Positions 1 to 11,896 of a DNA stretch of 64,000 nt are shown here, one piece after another. Position numbers and translations under genes: made by a program. Source of the stretch: Eledone cirrhosa. Its lineage: Eukaryota. The stretch covers positions 1,116,001-1,180,000 of the forward strand of contig OZ024749.1 in NCBI GenBank assembly GCA_964016885.1. Direction: 5' to 3'. Position 1 is the stretch's first letter. Each line of letters starts with the position of its first letter. The notes beneath the pieces were generated by a model. The model did not search any database. It saw only the letters and a program-made list of their open reading frames with translations, and had not been told where the DNA came from.

Positions 1-3000
1 GCAGGTGTAGCTATTGTAAACCAGATGTATGCTAAGGTGTAGCTATTGTAAACCAGATGTATGCTAAGGTGTAGCTATAGTAAACCAGATGTATGCAGGT
101 GTAGCTATAGTAAACCAGATGTATGCAGGTGTAGCTATTGTAAACCAGATGTATGCAGGTGTAGCTATTGTAAACCAGATGTATGCAGGTGTAGCTATAG
201 TAAACCAGATGTATGCAGGTGTAGCTATTGTAAACCAGATGTATGCAGGTGTAGGTATTGTAAACCAGATGTATGCAGGTGTAGCTATAGTAAACCAGAT
301 GTATGCAGGTGTAGCTATAGTAAACCAGATGTATGCAGGTGTAGCTATAGTAAACCAGATGTATGCTAAGGTGTAGCTATAGTAAACCAGATGTATGCTA
401 AGGTGTAGCTATTGTAAACCAGATGTATGCAGGTGTAGCTATTGTAAACCAGATGTATGCTAAGGTGTAGCTATTGTAAACCAGATGTATGCTAAGGTGT
501 AGCTATTGTAAACCAGATGTATGCAGGTGTAGCTATTGTAAACCAGATGTATGCAGGTGTAGCTATAGTAAACCAGATGTATGCAGGTGTAGCTATAGTA
601 AATCAGATGTATGCTAAGGTGTAGCTATTGTAAACCAGATGTATGCAGGTGTAGCTATAGTAAACCAGATGTATGCAGGTCTAGCTATTGTAAACCAGAT
701 GTATGCTAAGGTGTAGCTATTGTAAACCAGATGTATGCAGGTGTAGCTATTGTAAACCAGATGTATGCAGGTGTAGCTATTGTAAACCAGATGTATGCAG
801 GTGTAGCTATAGTAAACCAGATGTATGCAGGTGTAGCTATTGTAAACCAGATGTATGCAAATGTAGCTATTGTAAACCAGATGTATGCAGGTGTAGCTAT
901 AGTAAACCAGATGTATGCAGGTGTAGCTATTGTAAACCAGATGTATGCTAAGGTGTAGCTATAGTAAACCAGATGTATGCAGGTGTAGCTATAGTAAACC
1001 AGATGTATGCAGGTGTAGCTATTGTAAACCAGATGTATGCAGGTGTAGCTATAGTAAACCAGATGTATGCAGGTGTAGCTATAGTAAACCAGATGTATGC
1101 CAAGGTGTAGCTATTGTAAACCAGATGTATGCAGGTGTAGCTATAGTAAACCAGATGTATGCAGGTGTAGCTATTGTAAACCAGATGTATGCTAAGGTGT
1201 AGCTATTGTAAACCAGATGTATGCAGGTGTAGCTATTGTAAACCAGATGTATGCTAAGGTGTAGCTATTGTAAACCAGATGTATGCTAAGGTGTAGCTAT
1301 TGTAAACCAGATGTATGCAGGTGTAGCTATTGTAAACCAGATGTATGCAGGTGTAGCTATAGTAAACCAGATGTATGCAGGTGTAGCTATAGTAAACCAG
1401 ATGTATGCAGGTGTAGCTATAGTAAACCAGATGTATGCAGGTGTAGCTATAGTAAACCAGATGTATGCAGGTGTAGCTATAGTAAACTAGATGTATGCAG
1501 GTGTAGCTATTGTAAACCAGATGTATGCAGGTGTAGCTATAGTAAACCAGATGTATGCAGGTGTAGCTATAGTAAAGCAGATGTATGCAGGTGTAGCTAT
1601 AGTAAAGCAGATGTATGCAGGTGTAGCTATAGTAAAGCAGATGTATGCTAAGGTGTAGCTATTGTAAACCAGATGTATGCAGGTGTAGCTATTGTAAACC
1701 AGATGTATGCTAAGGTGTAGCTATTGTAAACCAGATGTATGCAGGTGTAGCTATTGTAAACCAGATGTATGCAGGTGTAGCTATAGTAAACCAGATGTAT
1801 GCAGGTGTAGCTATAGTAAATCAGATGTATGCTAAGGTGTAGCTATTGTAAACCAGATGTATGCAGGTGTAGCTATAGTAAACCAGATGTATGCAGGTCT
1901 AGCTATTGTAAACCAGATGTATGCTAAGGTGTAGCTATTGTAAACCAGATGTATGCAGGTCTAGCTATTGTAAACCAGATGTATGCAGGTGTAGCTATTG
2001 TAAACCAGATGTATGCAGGTGTAGCTATAGTAAACCAGATGTAGCTATTGTAAACCAGATGTATGCAGGTGTAGCTATTGTAAACCAGATGTATACAGGT
2101 GTAGCTATTGTAAACCAGATGTATGCAGATGTAGCTATTGTAAACCAGATGTATGCAGATGTAGCTATAGTAAACCAGATGTATGCTAAGGTGTAGCTAT
2201 AGTAAACCAGATGTATGCTAAGGTGTAGCTATTGTAAACCAGAGGTATGCAAATGTAGCTATTGTAAACCAGATGTATGCAGGTGTAGCTATAGTAAACC
2301 AGATGTATGCAGGTGTAGCTATTGTAAACCAGATGTATGCTAAGGTGTAGCTATAGTAAACCAGATGTATGAAGGTGTAGCTATAGTAAACCAGATGTAT
2401 GCAGGTGTAGCTATTGTAAACCAGATGTATGCAGGTGTAGCTATAGTAAACCAGATGTATGCAGGTGTAGCTATTGTAAACCAGATGTATGCAGGTGTAG
2501 CTATAGTAAACCAGATGTATGCTAAGGTGTAGCTATTGTAAACCAGATGTATGCAGGTGTAGCTATAGTAAACCAGATGTATGCAGGTGTAGCTATTGTA
2601 AACCAGATGTATGCTAAGGTGTAGCTATTGTAAACCAGATGTATGCAGGTGTAGCTATTGTAAACCAGATGTATGCTAAGGTGTAGCTATTGTAAACCAG
2701 ATGTATGCTAAGGTGTAGCTATTGTAAACCAGATGTATGCAGGTGTAGCTATTGTAAACCAGATGTATGCAGGTGTAGCTATCGTAAACCAGATGTATGC
2801 AGGTGTAGCTATAGTAAACCAGATGTATGCAGGTGTAGCTATAGTAAACCAGATGTATGCAGGTGTAGCTATAGTAAACCAGATGTATGGTAAGGTGTAG
2901 CTATAGTAAACCAGATGTATGCAGGTGTAGCTATAGTAAACCAGATGCATGCAGGCGTAGCTATTGTAAACCAGATGTATGCTAAGGTGTAGCTATTGTA

Positions 3001-3683
3001 AACCAGATGTATGCTAAGGTGTAGCTATTGTAAACCAGATGTATGCTAAGGTGTAGCTATTGTAAACCAGATGTATGCAGGTGTAGCTATTGTAAACCAG
3101 ATGTATGCAGGTGTAGCTATTGTAAACCAAATGTATGCAGGTGTAGCTATTGTAAACCAGATGTATGCTAAGGTGTAGCTATTGTAAACCAGATGTATGC
3201 AGGTGTAGCTATTGTAAACCAGATGTATGCAGGTGTAGCTATTGTAAACCAGATGTATGCTAAGGTGTAGCTATTGTAAACCAGATGTATGCTAAGGTGT
3301 AGCTATTGTAAACCAGATGTATGCAGGTGTAGCTATTGTAAACCAGATGTATGCTAAGGTGTAGCTATTGTAAACCAGATGTATGCTAAGGTGTAGCTAT
3401 TGTAAACCAGATGTATGCTAAGGTGTAGCTATTGTAAACCAGATGTATGCAGGTGTAGCTATTGTAAACCAGATGTATGCTAAGGTGTAGCTATTGTAAA
3501 CCAGATGTATGCAGGTGTAGCTATTGTAAACCAGATGTATGCAGGTGTAGCTATTGTAAACCAGATGTATGCTAAGGTGTAGCTATTGTAAACCTGATGT
3601 ATGCAGGTGTAGCTATTGTAAACCAGATGTATGCAGGTGTAGCTATTGTAAACCAGATGTATGCAGGTGTAGCTATTGTAAAC
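1..3683. repeat. 30-bp satellite (gcaggtgtagctat[t/a]gtaaaccagatgtat) with a 32-bp 'gctaaggt' variant, about 120 units, runs off the window start
   Basis: Directly visible tandem array. The ORFs called here (CRCSYSKPDV, MYAGVAIVNQ) are translations of the unit. Confidence 0.98.
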
Positions 3684-4020
3684 ATCTGGTTTACATATAG
3701 AGCTATTGGTTTTAACCTTTTCATTACCAGATTTCTAATAAAAAACATTGTTTATGATTTTCAAATAATTTTGAAAATCATGAGTTTAGGAGGATTTAGT
3801 AATATAACTTTCACATCATTTAACTGGTGTTTGGAACATAGCTTAATAATGGTTATTACAAAGAATTATGATTGAAGATGTTTAGATAAATATAAACGCT
3901 TTCAAATAGTTTTGTATTATAAAAGCAGGGGTGGTTTGGTATGAAAATAATTAAAATGTTCAAATGTAAATCTTACATCATAATATTAATATAAGAAATA
4001 TCTGTTATCCAAAGAGAATA

Positions 4021-4262
4021 GTTCCGGTTCGGGATAAACTCTACAGGCATGGAAGTGCTGCCAGACGGACCTGCCCAAGATGCGAACTGGACGACGAAAC
4101 CGTTCTGCACGCACTTGTCCAAAGTCCGTGCATTACTGACTTGTGGAGTTATGTCGAACAGCTACTGTCGCGTGTGGAATGAATCCGGCTATCGGCCGAG
4201 TCCATAGTGAAGATCGACCCGCCGCCTTCCTTAGGTCAGGAAGAGCAGGAAATTTTACGTTG
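4021..4262 (+). mobile_element. L1/Tx1-clade ORF2 C-terminal fragment (zinc-knuckle region), decayed
   Basis: Manual translation VPVRDKLYRHGSAARRTCPRCELDDETVLHALVQSPCITDLWSYVEQLLSRVE* matches the L1-type CxxC..ET..H...C knuckle with the last Cys changed to Ser. Homologous to 6467-6570. Confidence 0.8.
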
Positions 4263-4711
4263 TTTTAAAGTATTACTTTGTGTTTTTTTCTTGTTGATAA
4301 CGGGGCATAAGGTACCCACCTTGGCTTCAAGGAAGAGAGACCTTTCAATATTTGGGCTTTAAGCCTGAATATTCGGATTTACTTTTAAAAACTTTGAAAA
4401 TCCCCCCCCCCCCCCAAAAAAAAGTGGAAGAATTTAACCTTGTACTACTACTACTACCACGACCACCACGACCACCACCACCACCAGCACAGATGTGATA
4501 TGACAGTGGTCAATGCTGTTGAATGTGAGAGAATGGTACAAGGGAAGGGAACTATAAACAGTAAACATTCCACTTTACCACCTCCAACTGCTACCACAGT
4601 AACAACATCATCAACAGCCTCAATATAAACACTCATAACGGTAGCAGCAGCAGCAACATCACCAACAACAGCAGCAGCAAGAACGACAACATCAACAACA
4701 AGAGTAATAAT

Positions 4712-4896
4712 TGTTTCTACTTTTGGCACAAGGCCAGCAATTACCCAGTGCATTACTGGTACTTTATTTTATCGACCCCGTAAGGATGAAAGGCAAAGTT
4801 AACCTCGGCGGGATTTGAAGTCAGAATGGCAAGGGCCGTAACTCTATGCATCAAAGCATGGCGTCTGACCCCCTACCGATACTGCCACTCCACTGC
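4712..4896 (-). mobile_element. tRNA-derived SINE family A, full length
   Basis: Reverse complement of the copy at 6990-7180, with A/B-box-like head (gagttcaaatccc type). Flanked by a 16-bp TSD caacaagagtaataat at 4696-4711 and 4897-4912. Confidence 0.9.
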
Positions 4897-4912
4897 CAAC
4901 AAGAGTAATAAT

Positions 4913-6987
4913 GAAAGCAGCAACAACCTGAACGGCAACAGCACATTCGCAGCGGTGACGGCGAAAGCAAAACGTTTTTTTTAATGTCAATATAACAGAC
5001 AAGGAGCAACAGTTGGCCCAGACATGGAAATCAATTAAACGCGAGAAATCCTCTGCCATCCTAACGGACGAGGCAATAGTGGCTATGCAGAGGAGGACTG
5101 TACACTTTCAATGCAGACTCGCAAGGTGGAACTCACCAGTCAGGCAGAAGTCAAGGCTGCTTTGGAATGCATCAAAGATAATATTGAGTACAAAGCAAGG
5201 GCCAAACAGTTCAGCACCATCTCGGTACTGTTCAAAACTGAGGCCCTTGCTATTAAGCACTCTGTGGCCCCTTGCAGAACAGAACGCATCATTATACACC
5301 CATCCTACATGGGCAAAAGAACAGCAAAGGTCCACATTCCTAGGATCCCACTAGGAATGAACCTATGGTGGCTCCTGGGATACGTAATAAAAGAGGGAAC
5401 AGACACTACCCTTGTAGATATTAAAAAGACTGACTGGTCTGGAATGGATTTACAGATTCTTCTCCAAATAAAAGAAGACAAACAACATCCCGGATTTTAG
5501 CCATCCGCAGGATGGGACAATGATTCAGTTGATTACTGAGGGAAGAAGGCTGCACTGCTTCGTCTGCGGGGAAGGAAGGCATCTGCGAGCCTTCTGCCCT
5601 CAGCTAAAAAATGCAGGGGGCCACAAACCTCCTTTGTTGCCGGCAGCCACACAAACAGCAAGAACAGCCGAATCACCACTGAAACCAACCCAGGGGAAAA
5701 ACAAGGAAAGCTCTCCCATTCTCCCTACCCTCCAAAATATACACATAGACAAAAACATAAACGCACACACAGCCACAGACCCTTTGTGTTCCAGTAGTGA
5801 AGATGAGGCAAAACCCAAATGTGCCAAAAAGCAAAAAAGAAAACACACAAAGAAAAAGCGCCCACAAAGCACAAAAACATCCACAACAAAAAATACAGAC
5901 ACCACCAACGCAAACACTTCCCAACAACACCAACACCATCCCTACAATCCCCCAAACGCAAACAACTTAAACAGTCACAAGAACAAATAAACACACAGTC
6001 ACCTGAAATTGCAAACACCACACCTACAACAAACACAGGCATATTCAAAACAACAGCAACAAAATATAAAAAACTTGTGAGAAAGGCCAATGAAAAATTG
6101 ATGGTCCTCTTAGCATGAAGCGAAGAAATTCAAACAGAGGGGGAGATCTTTGAATTCAGTACATTTTGTGTGCCAGAAGATTTGTTTCTAGTGCGAATGC
6201 CGCTCGAATCCTACAAAGAAATTTGAGAGCTTTCCTCAGGACGTGGGAACCCCGAAATAGAAACCCACATCGAGACTTTTAAAGGGGTTCCCAAAAGAAA
6301 CCCCACCAACCATGGAGGTCGAACCACCTGACCTTCACAAGACCCCGGGAGGTAAGTAAACCTTTCCTCTCTCTTTTAGCCTTCCAACAAGGCCATATTA
6401 AGAGTAGGAAGTCTAAATGCTCAACGACCTCAGGTCTCTAGAAATGGATGTAATTGCTGTCAGCGAGACTTGTGGAGTTATGTTGAACAGCTGTTGTCTC
6501 GTGTAGAACGAATCTGGCCATCAGCTGAGTTCACCCACTGCCTTCTTTTGGCCAGGAAGGGCAGACAACATTCCTCTGTCTGGTGGTGGTAGCGAAAGAG
6601 GTTGTATGGTGGACCAGGTTGAAAGGACTGAAGACAGACACTTTTCTCTTCGGCCAATCCTTCATCATCAACTTCAAGTTTCACCTGGAAAAGAAGGTGA
6701 GGGTGGAGAGAGAAGTGCTGCCCTCTAGTACATATGCTAAAAGGTGGATGAATGTGGTGAGAATGGCTCGTGTGAGTGGGCCTACTCTGACCATGCGCCT
6801 GAAGGCTAGCTAACTTGAGGAGGAGAGGGGTGCCATCCCTGGGTGCCCTTGAAGCGCAGGGTGGTTCAAGATTGGTGGCGTACCTGAGTCACCTCTGGGT
6901 CGCCCACTGTAAACCCCCGACTGTCCCTGCCTTTGTATTGTCCCCTACATCATGGCCCTTGTGACCAATAAATGAAATCATTATTAT
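4913..6987 (+). mobile_element. Internally deleted L1/Tx1-clade LINE: broken ORF1, ORF2 N-terminal stub fused to ORF2 C-terminus, 3' UTR
   Basis: ORF1 pieces 5111-5500 and 5520-5990 contain the CCHC knuckle CFVCGEGRHLRAFC. At about 6398-6470 IRVGSLNAQ..LRSLEMDVIAVSET is the start of an APE endonuclease. 6471-6813 gives LWSYVEQLL...VAKEVVWWTRLKG...KRW, the ORF2 C-terminus. AATAAA at about 6967. The 5' boundary is approximate. Confidence 0.75.
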
Positions 6988-6989
6988 TT

Positions 6990-7180
6990 GGTGGATTGGC
7001 AGTATCGGTAGAGGGTCGGACGCCATGCTTGGTCGCATAGAGTTACGGCCCTTGCCATTCTGAGTTCAAATCCCGCCGAGGTTAACTTTGCCTTTCATCC
7101 TTACGGGGTCGATAAAATAAAGTACCAGTAATGCACTGGGATAATTGCTGGCCTTGTGCCAAAAGTAGAAACAATTATTA
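6990..7180 (+). mobile_element. SINE family A
   Basis: ggtggattggcagtatcggtagagggtcggacgcc...gagttcaaatcccgccgaggttaactttgcctttcatcc...ccaaaagtagaaacaatta, near-identical to several other copies in the window. Confidence 0.9.
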
Positions 7181-7535
7181 TCATCATCACATGAATAATA
7201 TTGGAAGCTTTTCTATATAGATATATGGAGGGTTTTTTTTTGTTTTTTATTTTTTTTCAATTTTCTGAATGTTTTATTTGTTATATTTCCAAAAAGTAAT
7301 CTTTTATATATATTTAGTATTTCCAATTGTGTAGATCAGTGGAAGAGATTACTTAAACACATGTTCAACCATGAGGAAATCATATATATTCTAAAGACAT
7401 TCTCCAGCACTGATTTAACTTTAGTTTTATTCTTATTTTATTCAGTTTTATTTTTGATTTTACTTATTTTATTTTTTATATTATTATATTCTTATTTTAT
7501 TTATATTTTCTCATTTATTTCTAGTTCCATTTAAA

Positions 7536-7901
7536 GAGACAGGGAGAATGGGAGACAAAGGGGGAAGAGAGAGAGAGAGAGGAAGGAGACAAAAGGGGGA
7601 AGAGAGAGAGGGAGACAAAAGGGGGAAGAGAGAGAGGGAGACAAAAGGGGGAAGAGAGAGAAGGAGAGGAGGGGGAGAGAGGGAGAGGAGAGAGGGGAGG
7701 GAGACAAAGGGGGGAGATAGAGGGGGAGGGAGACAAAAAGGGGGAAGAGAGAGAGGGAGGGAGGGAGACAAAAGGGGGAAGAGAGAGGGAGGGAGGGAGA
7801 CAAAAGGGGGAAGAGAGAGAGAGAGGGGGAGAGAGAAGGGGAAGACAGAGAGGGAGAGAGAGGGGGAGAGAGAAGGGGAAGACAGAGAGAGAGAGGGAGG
7901 G
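7536..7901. repeat. Polypurine minisatellite (gagacaaaagggggaagagagagagg-like unit)
   Basis: Almost purely A/G on the + strand with a recurring gagacaaaagggggaag motif. Confidence 0.9.
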
Positions 7902-7968
7902 CACAACAAAGCAGGTGGAATTATACTTCAATATATATACACATACACACACATTATATATATATATG

Positions 7969-8160
7969 AAGGACGGTGGATTGGCAGTATCGGTAGAGGG
8001 TCGGACGCCATGCTTTCCAGCATAGTTACGTCCCTTTATGATCTGAGTTCAAATCCCGCCGAGGTTGACTTTGCCTTTCATCCTTACAGGGTCGATAAAA
8101 TAAAGTACCAGTAATGTACTGGGATAATTGCTGGCCTTGTGCCAAAAGTAGAAACAATTA
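7969..8160 (+). mobile_element. SINE family A within (TA)n
   Basis: Same sequence as 6990-7180, with TA repeats on both sides. Confidence 0.9.
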
Positions 8161-8174
8161 TATATATATATATG

Positions 8175-8561
8175 ACCCGCCTTGCCTATGTACAAAGCGA
8201 AAGCTACAGTCAGTAGGCACCTCTTAACCAAATATACACCCCAATCCACTACCCCTACCCTATCATCCCACTCCCACCAACAGCATGAGAAAATGAGATC
8301 GAGATCGTGTAGGTGTCACGACAAAACACACACAGTCCACGCTGTAATGTGGCCGTGTAGGTAACATGGTAAAAAGTTCCCAGTCCACACTGTAAATGTG
8401 GTTGGTGTTAGGAAGAGCATCCAGCCGTAGAAAACCTGCCAGATAGCCCTATATGAGCGAGACACGGTCACCCGACCAGCCTTGCCTCAAGTGGGACAAC
8501 TCCCGTCTAACCCATGCTAGCGTGGAAAATGGACGTTAAACGAAGATGATGATGATGATGA
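8175..8561 (+). mobile_element. Non-autonomous RTE-tailed element (RTE 5'UTR-like body, RTE-type 3' tail, (GAT)n)
   Basis: Contains tggttggtgttaggaagagcatccagccgtagaaa and ends ctaacccatgctagcgtggaaaatggacgttaaacgaagatgatgat. A related copy lies at 47278-47680 (-). Confidence 0.65.
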
Positions 8562-8577
8562 GATATATATATATATC

Positions 8578-8968
8578 TCATCATCATCATCATCATCATA
8601 CGTTCGCTTTTATCTGCTTTCAAGGGTGGGACGGGAACTGATTCTGGCTTGATTTCTACAGCTGGATGCCCTTCCTAACACCAACCTCATTTACAGTCAG
8701 TGCTGGGTGCTTTTTTGCCGTGGCACCTCCACAACCACTTTACAATGTGGGCTGGGTGCTTTTTTGCCGTGGCGCCTCCTCGACCAGTTTACAGTGGAAT
8801 GATAGGGACACCAGTCCCAATCATCTCATTTCTACAGCTGAGTGAACTGGAGCAATGTGAAATAAAGTATCTTGCTCAAGGAAACAACACATCACCCGGT
8901 TTGAGAATTGAACTCACAACCTTTCGATTGCAAGGCCAATGCTCTAACCACTAAGCCATGTGCCTCCA
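8578..8968 (-). mobile_element. tRNA-derived SINE family B with RTE 3' tail
   Basis: Reverse complement of 9722-10054. Confidence 0.9.
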
Positions 8969-8977
8969 TATATATAT

Positions 8978-9011
<34 letters not shown>

Positions 9012-9098
9012 ATATATATAATATATATATATAATATATATAATATATATATATAATATATATATAATATATATAATATATATATAATATATATCTAT

Positions 9099-9385
9099 CT
9101 AAGGCGGGTAAAATTCCCGAGATCCATGGACGAGTTCTCTCCAGCGGTCTCTGTCCCTCATTATCGCTGCCATATCCTGCATCTCCAACAGACCAGTGTC
9201 TGTCCTTAGGGCATCAACATATGTTAACCTTGGTCTTCCTCTTCTAGTGTGTCCATGTAGGGGCTCCCAAAGGAGCACTGAGTGCAATGTCAACTCTGGA
9301 TGTCGGTGAGCATGTCCAGCCAACCTCAGTCTCCTCTGTGTCACTTTTGAGCTGACTTTTGGGATGCTCCCGTACAGCTCTGAGT
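9099..9385 (-). mobile_element. 5'-truncated RTE LINE, family 2, 3' end, inside (TA)n
   Basis: ORF 9099-9344 RRLRLAGHAHRHPE...RRGRPRLTYVDALR...DRDRWRELV is a typical RTE C-terminus. Confidence 0.85.
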
Positions 9386-9440
9386 TATATATATATAATA
9401 ATAATATATATATAATAATAATATATATATAATATAAATA

Positions 9441-9546
9441 TAATTGTTTCTACATTTGGCACAAGGCCAGCAATTACCCAGTGCATTACTGGTACTTTAT
9501 TTTATCGACCCCGTAAGGATGAAAGGCAAAGTCAACCTCGGCGGGA
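9441..9546 (-). mobile_element. 5'-truncated SINE family A
   Basis: 3' half of family A, lying between TA arrays. Confidence 0.85.
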
Positions 9547-9721
9547 ATATAATATATATATATATAATATAATATATATAATATAATATAATATAATATA
9601 TATAATATATATATATAATATATAATATATAATATATTATATATAATATATATATATATATATAATATATATAATATATATATATATATAATATATATAT
9701 ATTATATATAATATATATATA

Positions 9722-10054
9722 TGGAGGCACATGGCTTAGTGGTTAGAGCATTGGACTTGCAATCGAAAGGTTGTGAGTTCAATTCTCAGACCGGGTGATG
9801 TGTTGTTTCCTTGAGCAAGACACTTTATTTCACATTGCTCCAGTTTACTCAGCTGTAGAAATGAGATGATAGGGAGTGGGGTCCATATCATTCCACTGCA
9901 AAGTGGTCGTGGAGGTGCCACGGAAAAAAAGCAACCAGCACTCACTGTAAATGAGGTTGGTGTTAGGAAGGGCATCCAGCTGTAGAAATCAAGCCAGAAT
10001 CAGTTCCCGTCCCACCCTTGCAAGCAGGGAAAAAGCGGACGTAAAATGAAATGA
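9722..10054 (+). mobile_element. SINE family B, full length
   Basis: Head tggcttagtggttagagc (A box) and gtgagttcaattctc (B box), core ccttgagcaagacactttatttcacattgctccagt, and tail cccacccttgcaagcagggaaaaagcggacgtaaaatg shared with RTE family 1. Confidence 0.9.
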
Positions 10055-10224
10055 TATATAATATATATATATATATTATATATATATATATATAATATAT
10101 ATATATATTATATATATATATATTATATATATATATATATAATATATATATATATTATATATATATATATTATATATATATATATATAATATATATTATA
10201 TAATATATATTATATAATATATAT

Positions 10225-10255
<31 letters not shown>

Positions 10256-10393
10256 ATATATATATATATATATAATATATTATATATATATATTATATAT
10301 ATATATATTATATATATAATATATATATATATATATAATATATATTATATATATATATATATATATAATATATATATAATATATATTATATAT

Positions 10394-10425
<32 letters not shown>

Positions 10426-10828
10426 ATATATATAATATATATATATATTATATATATATATATATATAATATATATAATATATATATATATTATATATAT
10501 ATATATTATATATATATATATATATAATATATATATATATAATATATATATATATAATATATATTATATATATATATATAATATATATATATATAATATA
10601 TATATATATTATATATATATTTATATATATATATATAATATATATATATATAATATATATATATATAATATATATATATATTATATATATATTATATATA
10701 TATATATAATATATATATATATAATATATATATATATTATATATATATTATATATATATATATAATATATATATATATATTATATATATATATATATAAT
10801 ATATATATTATATATATATATATATATA

Positions 10829-10897
<69 letters not shown>

Positions 10898-10921
10898 ATA
10901 TATATAATATATATATATATT
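10055..10921. repeat. About 870-bp imperfect (TA)n microsatellite
   Basis: Contains only A and T, in a TA repeat with phase slips. Confidence 0.97.
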
Positions 10922-11480
10922 ATCATCATTTTACGTCCGCTTTTCCCTGCTTGCAAGGGTGGGACGGGTCTTATTCAGCACAGCATCTCTCCACTCGTCA
11001 CGGTCCCTCGTCATCTCCACCGTGAGCTTCAATGATCTGAGGTCTGTTCTCACCATCTCCGCCCATGTTTTTCGTGGTCTACCTCTACCACGTCTTCCTT
11101 CAACTGGCATTTCCTGGCACTACTTCACCCATCGGTCATCCTCCATGCGCATCACATGTCCATACCACCCCAGTCTCCTCTCCCGTACACTACATTCTAT
11201 CCCTCTCAGACACAGTTTCTCTCTCAACACATTTATGCTGGGTCGTTCACGCACATTTACACTGCACATCCAACGGAGCATGCTTGCCTCATTTCTCTCC
11301 AGCCGTCGCATATCTTCTGCGGTAGCTGCCCATGTCTCCCTACCATGCAGCATCGCGCTCCTCACACAGGCATCATACAACCGGCCTTTCGTACGCAGGG
11401 AGAAATCCTTCTTCGTCAACAGAGGAAGCAGCTCCCTAAACTTCTTCCAACCCGTCCTTATTCTAGATACCATGGCCTCG
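10922..11480 (-). mobile_element. RTE LINE family 1, 3' portion (5' side lost in the assembly gap)
   Basis: ORF 11120-11473 RIRTGWKKFRELLPLL...GRLYDACVRSAMLHG...RRLGWYGHVMRM, followed by the family tail and (GAT)n. Confidence 0.92.
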
Positions 11481-11680
11481 NNNNNNNNNNNNNNNNNNNN
11501 NNNNNNNNNNNNNNNNNNNNNNNNNNNNNNNNNNNNNNNNNNNNNNNNNNNNNNNNNNNNNNNNNNNNNNNNNNNNNNNNNNNNNNNNNNNNNNNNNNNN
11601 NNNNNNNNNNNNNNNNNNNNNNNNNNNNNNNNNNNNNNNNNNNNNNNNNNNNNNNNNNNNNNNNNNNNNNNNNNNNNNNN
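11481..11680. other. Assembly gap (200 N)
   Basis: Run of n characters. Confidence 1.
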
Positions 11681-11774
11681 ACACTAAGAGGGGAGACAAA
11701 ACTGGGGTCTGGGACATATTGAAAAGGTAAGGGGGGCGACATATCGAGAGAGTTGAAAACAGGGATAGATTGAC

Positions 11775-11813
11775 AGAGAGAGAAAGAGAGAGAGAGAAAG
11801 AGAGAGAGAGACT

Positions 11814-11855
<42 letters not shown>

Positions 11856-11896
11856 GGGAGAGAGAGAGAGAGAGGAAGGGAGAGAGAGAGAGAAGG
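11775..11896. repeat. (GA)n microsatellite
   Basis: Directly visible. Confidence 0.95.

Noticed and set aside
61-2950. Cys-rich repeat ORFs as metallothionein- or keratin-associated-like proteins
   Set aside because: They are translations of a 30-bp satellite, repeatedly frameshifted by the 32-bp variant, with no unique N- or C-terminus.
4712-7180. Inverted SINE A pair acting as TIRs of a composite transposon around the Tx1 element
   Set aside because: The left SINE has its own 16-bp TSD, so it inserted independently, and SINE density makes such pairs expected.
9722-9795. tRNA gene
   Set aside because: A and B boxes are present but run directly into a SINE core and tail, and the sequence is multi-copy. 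It is a SINE head.
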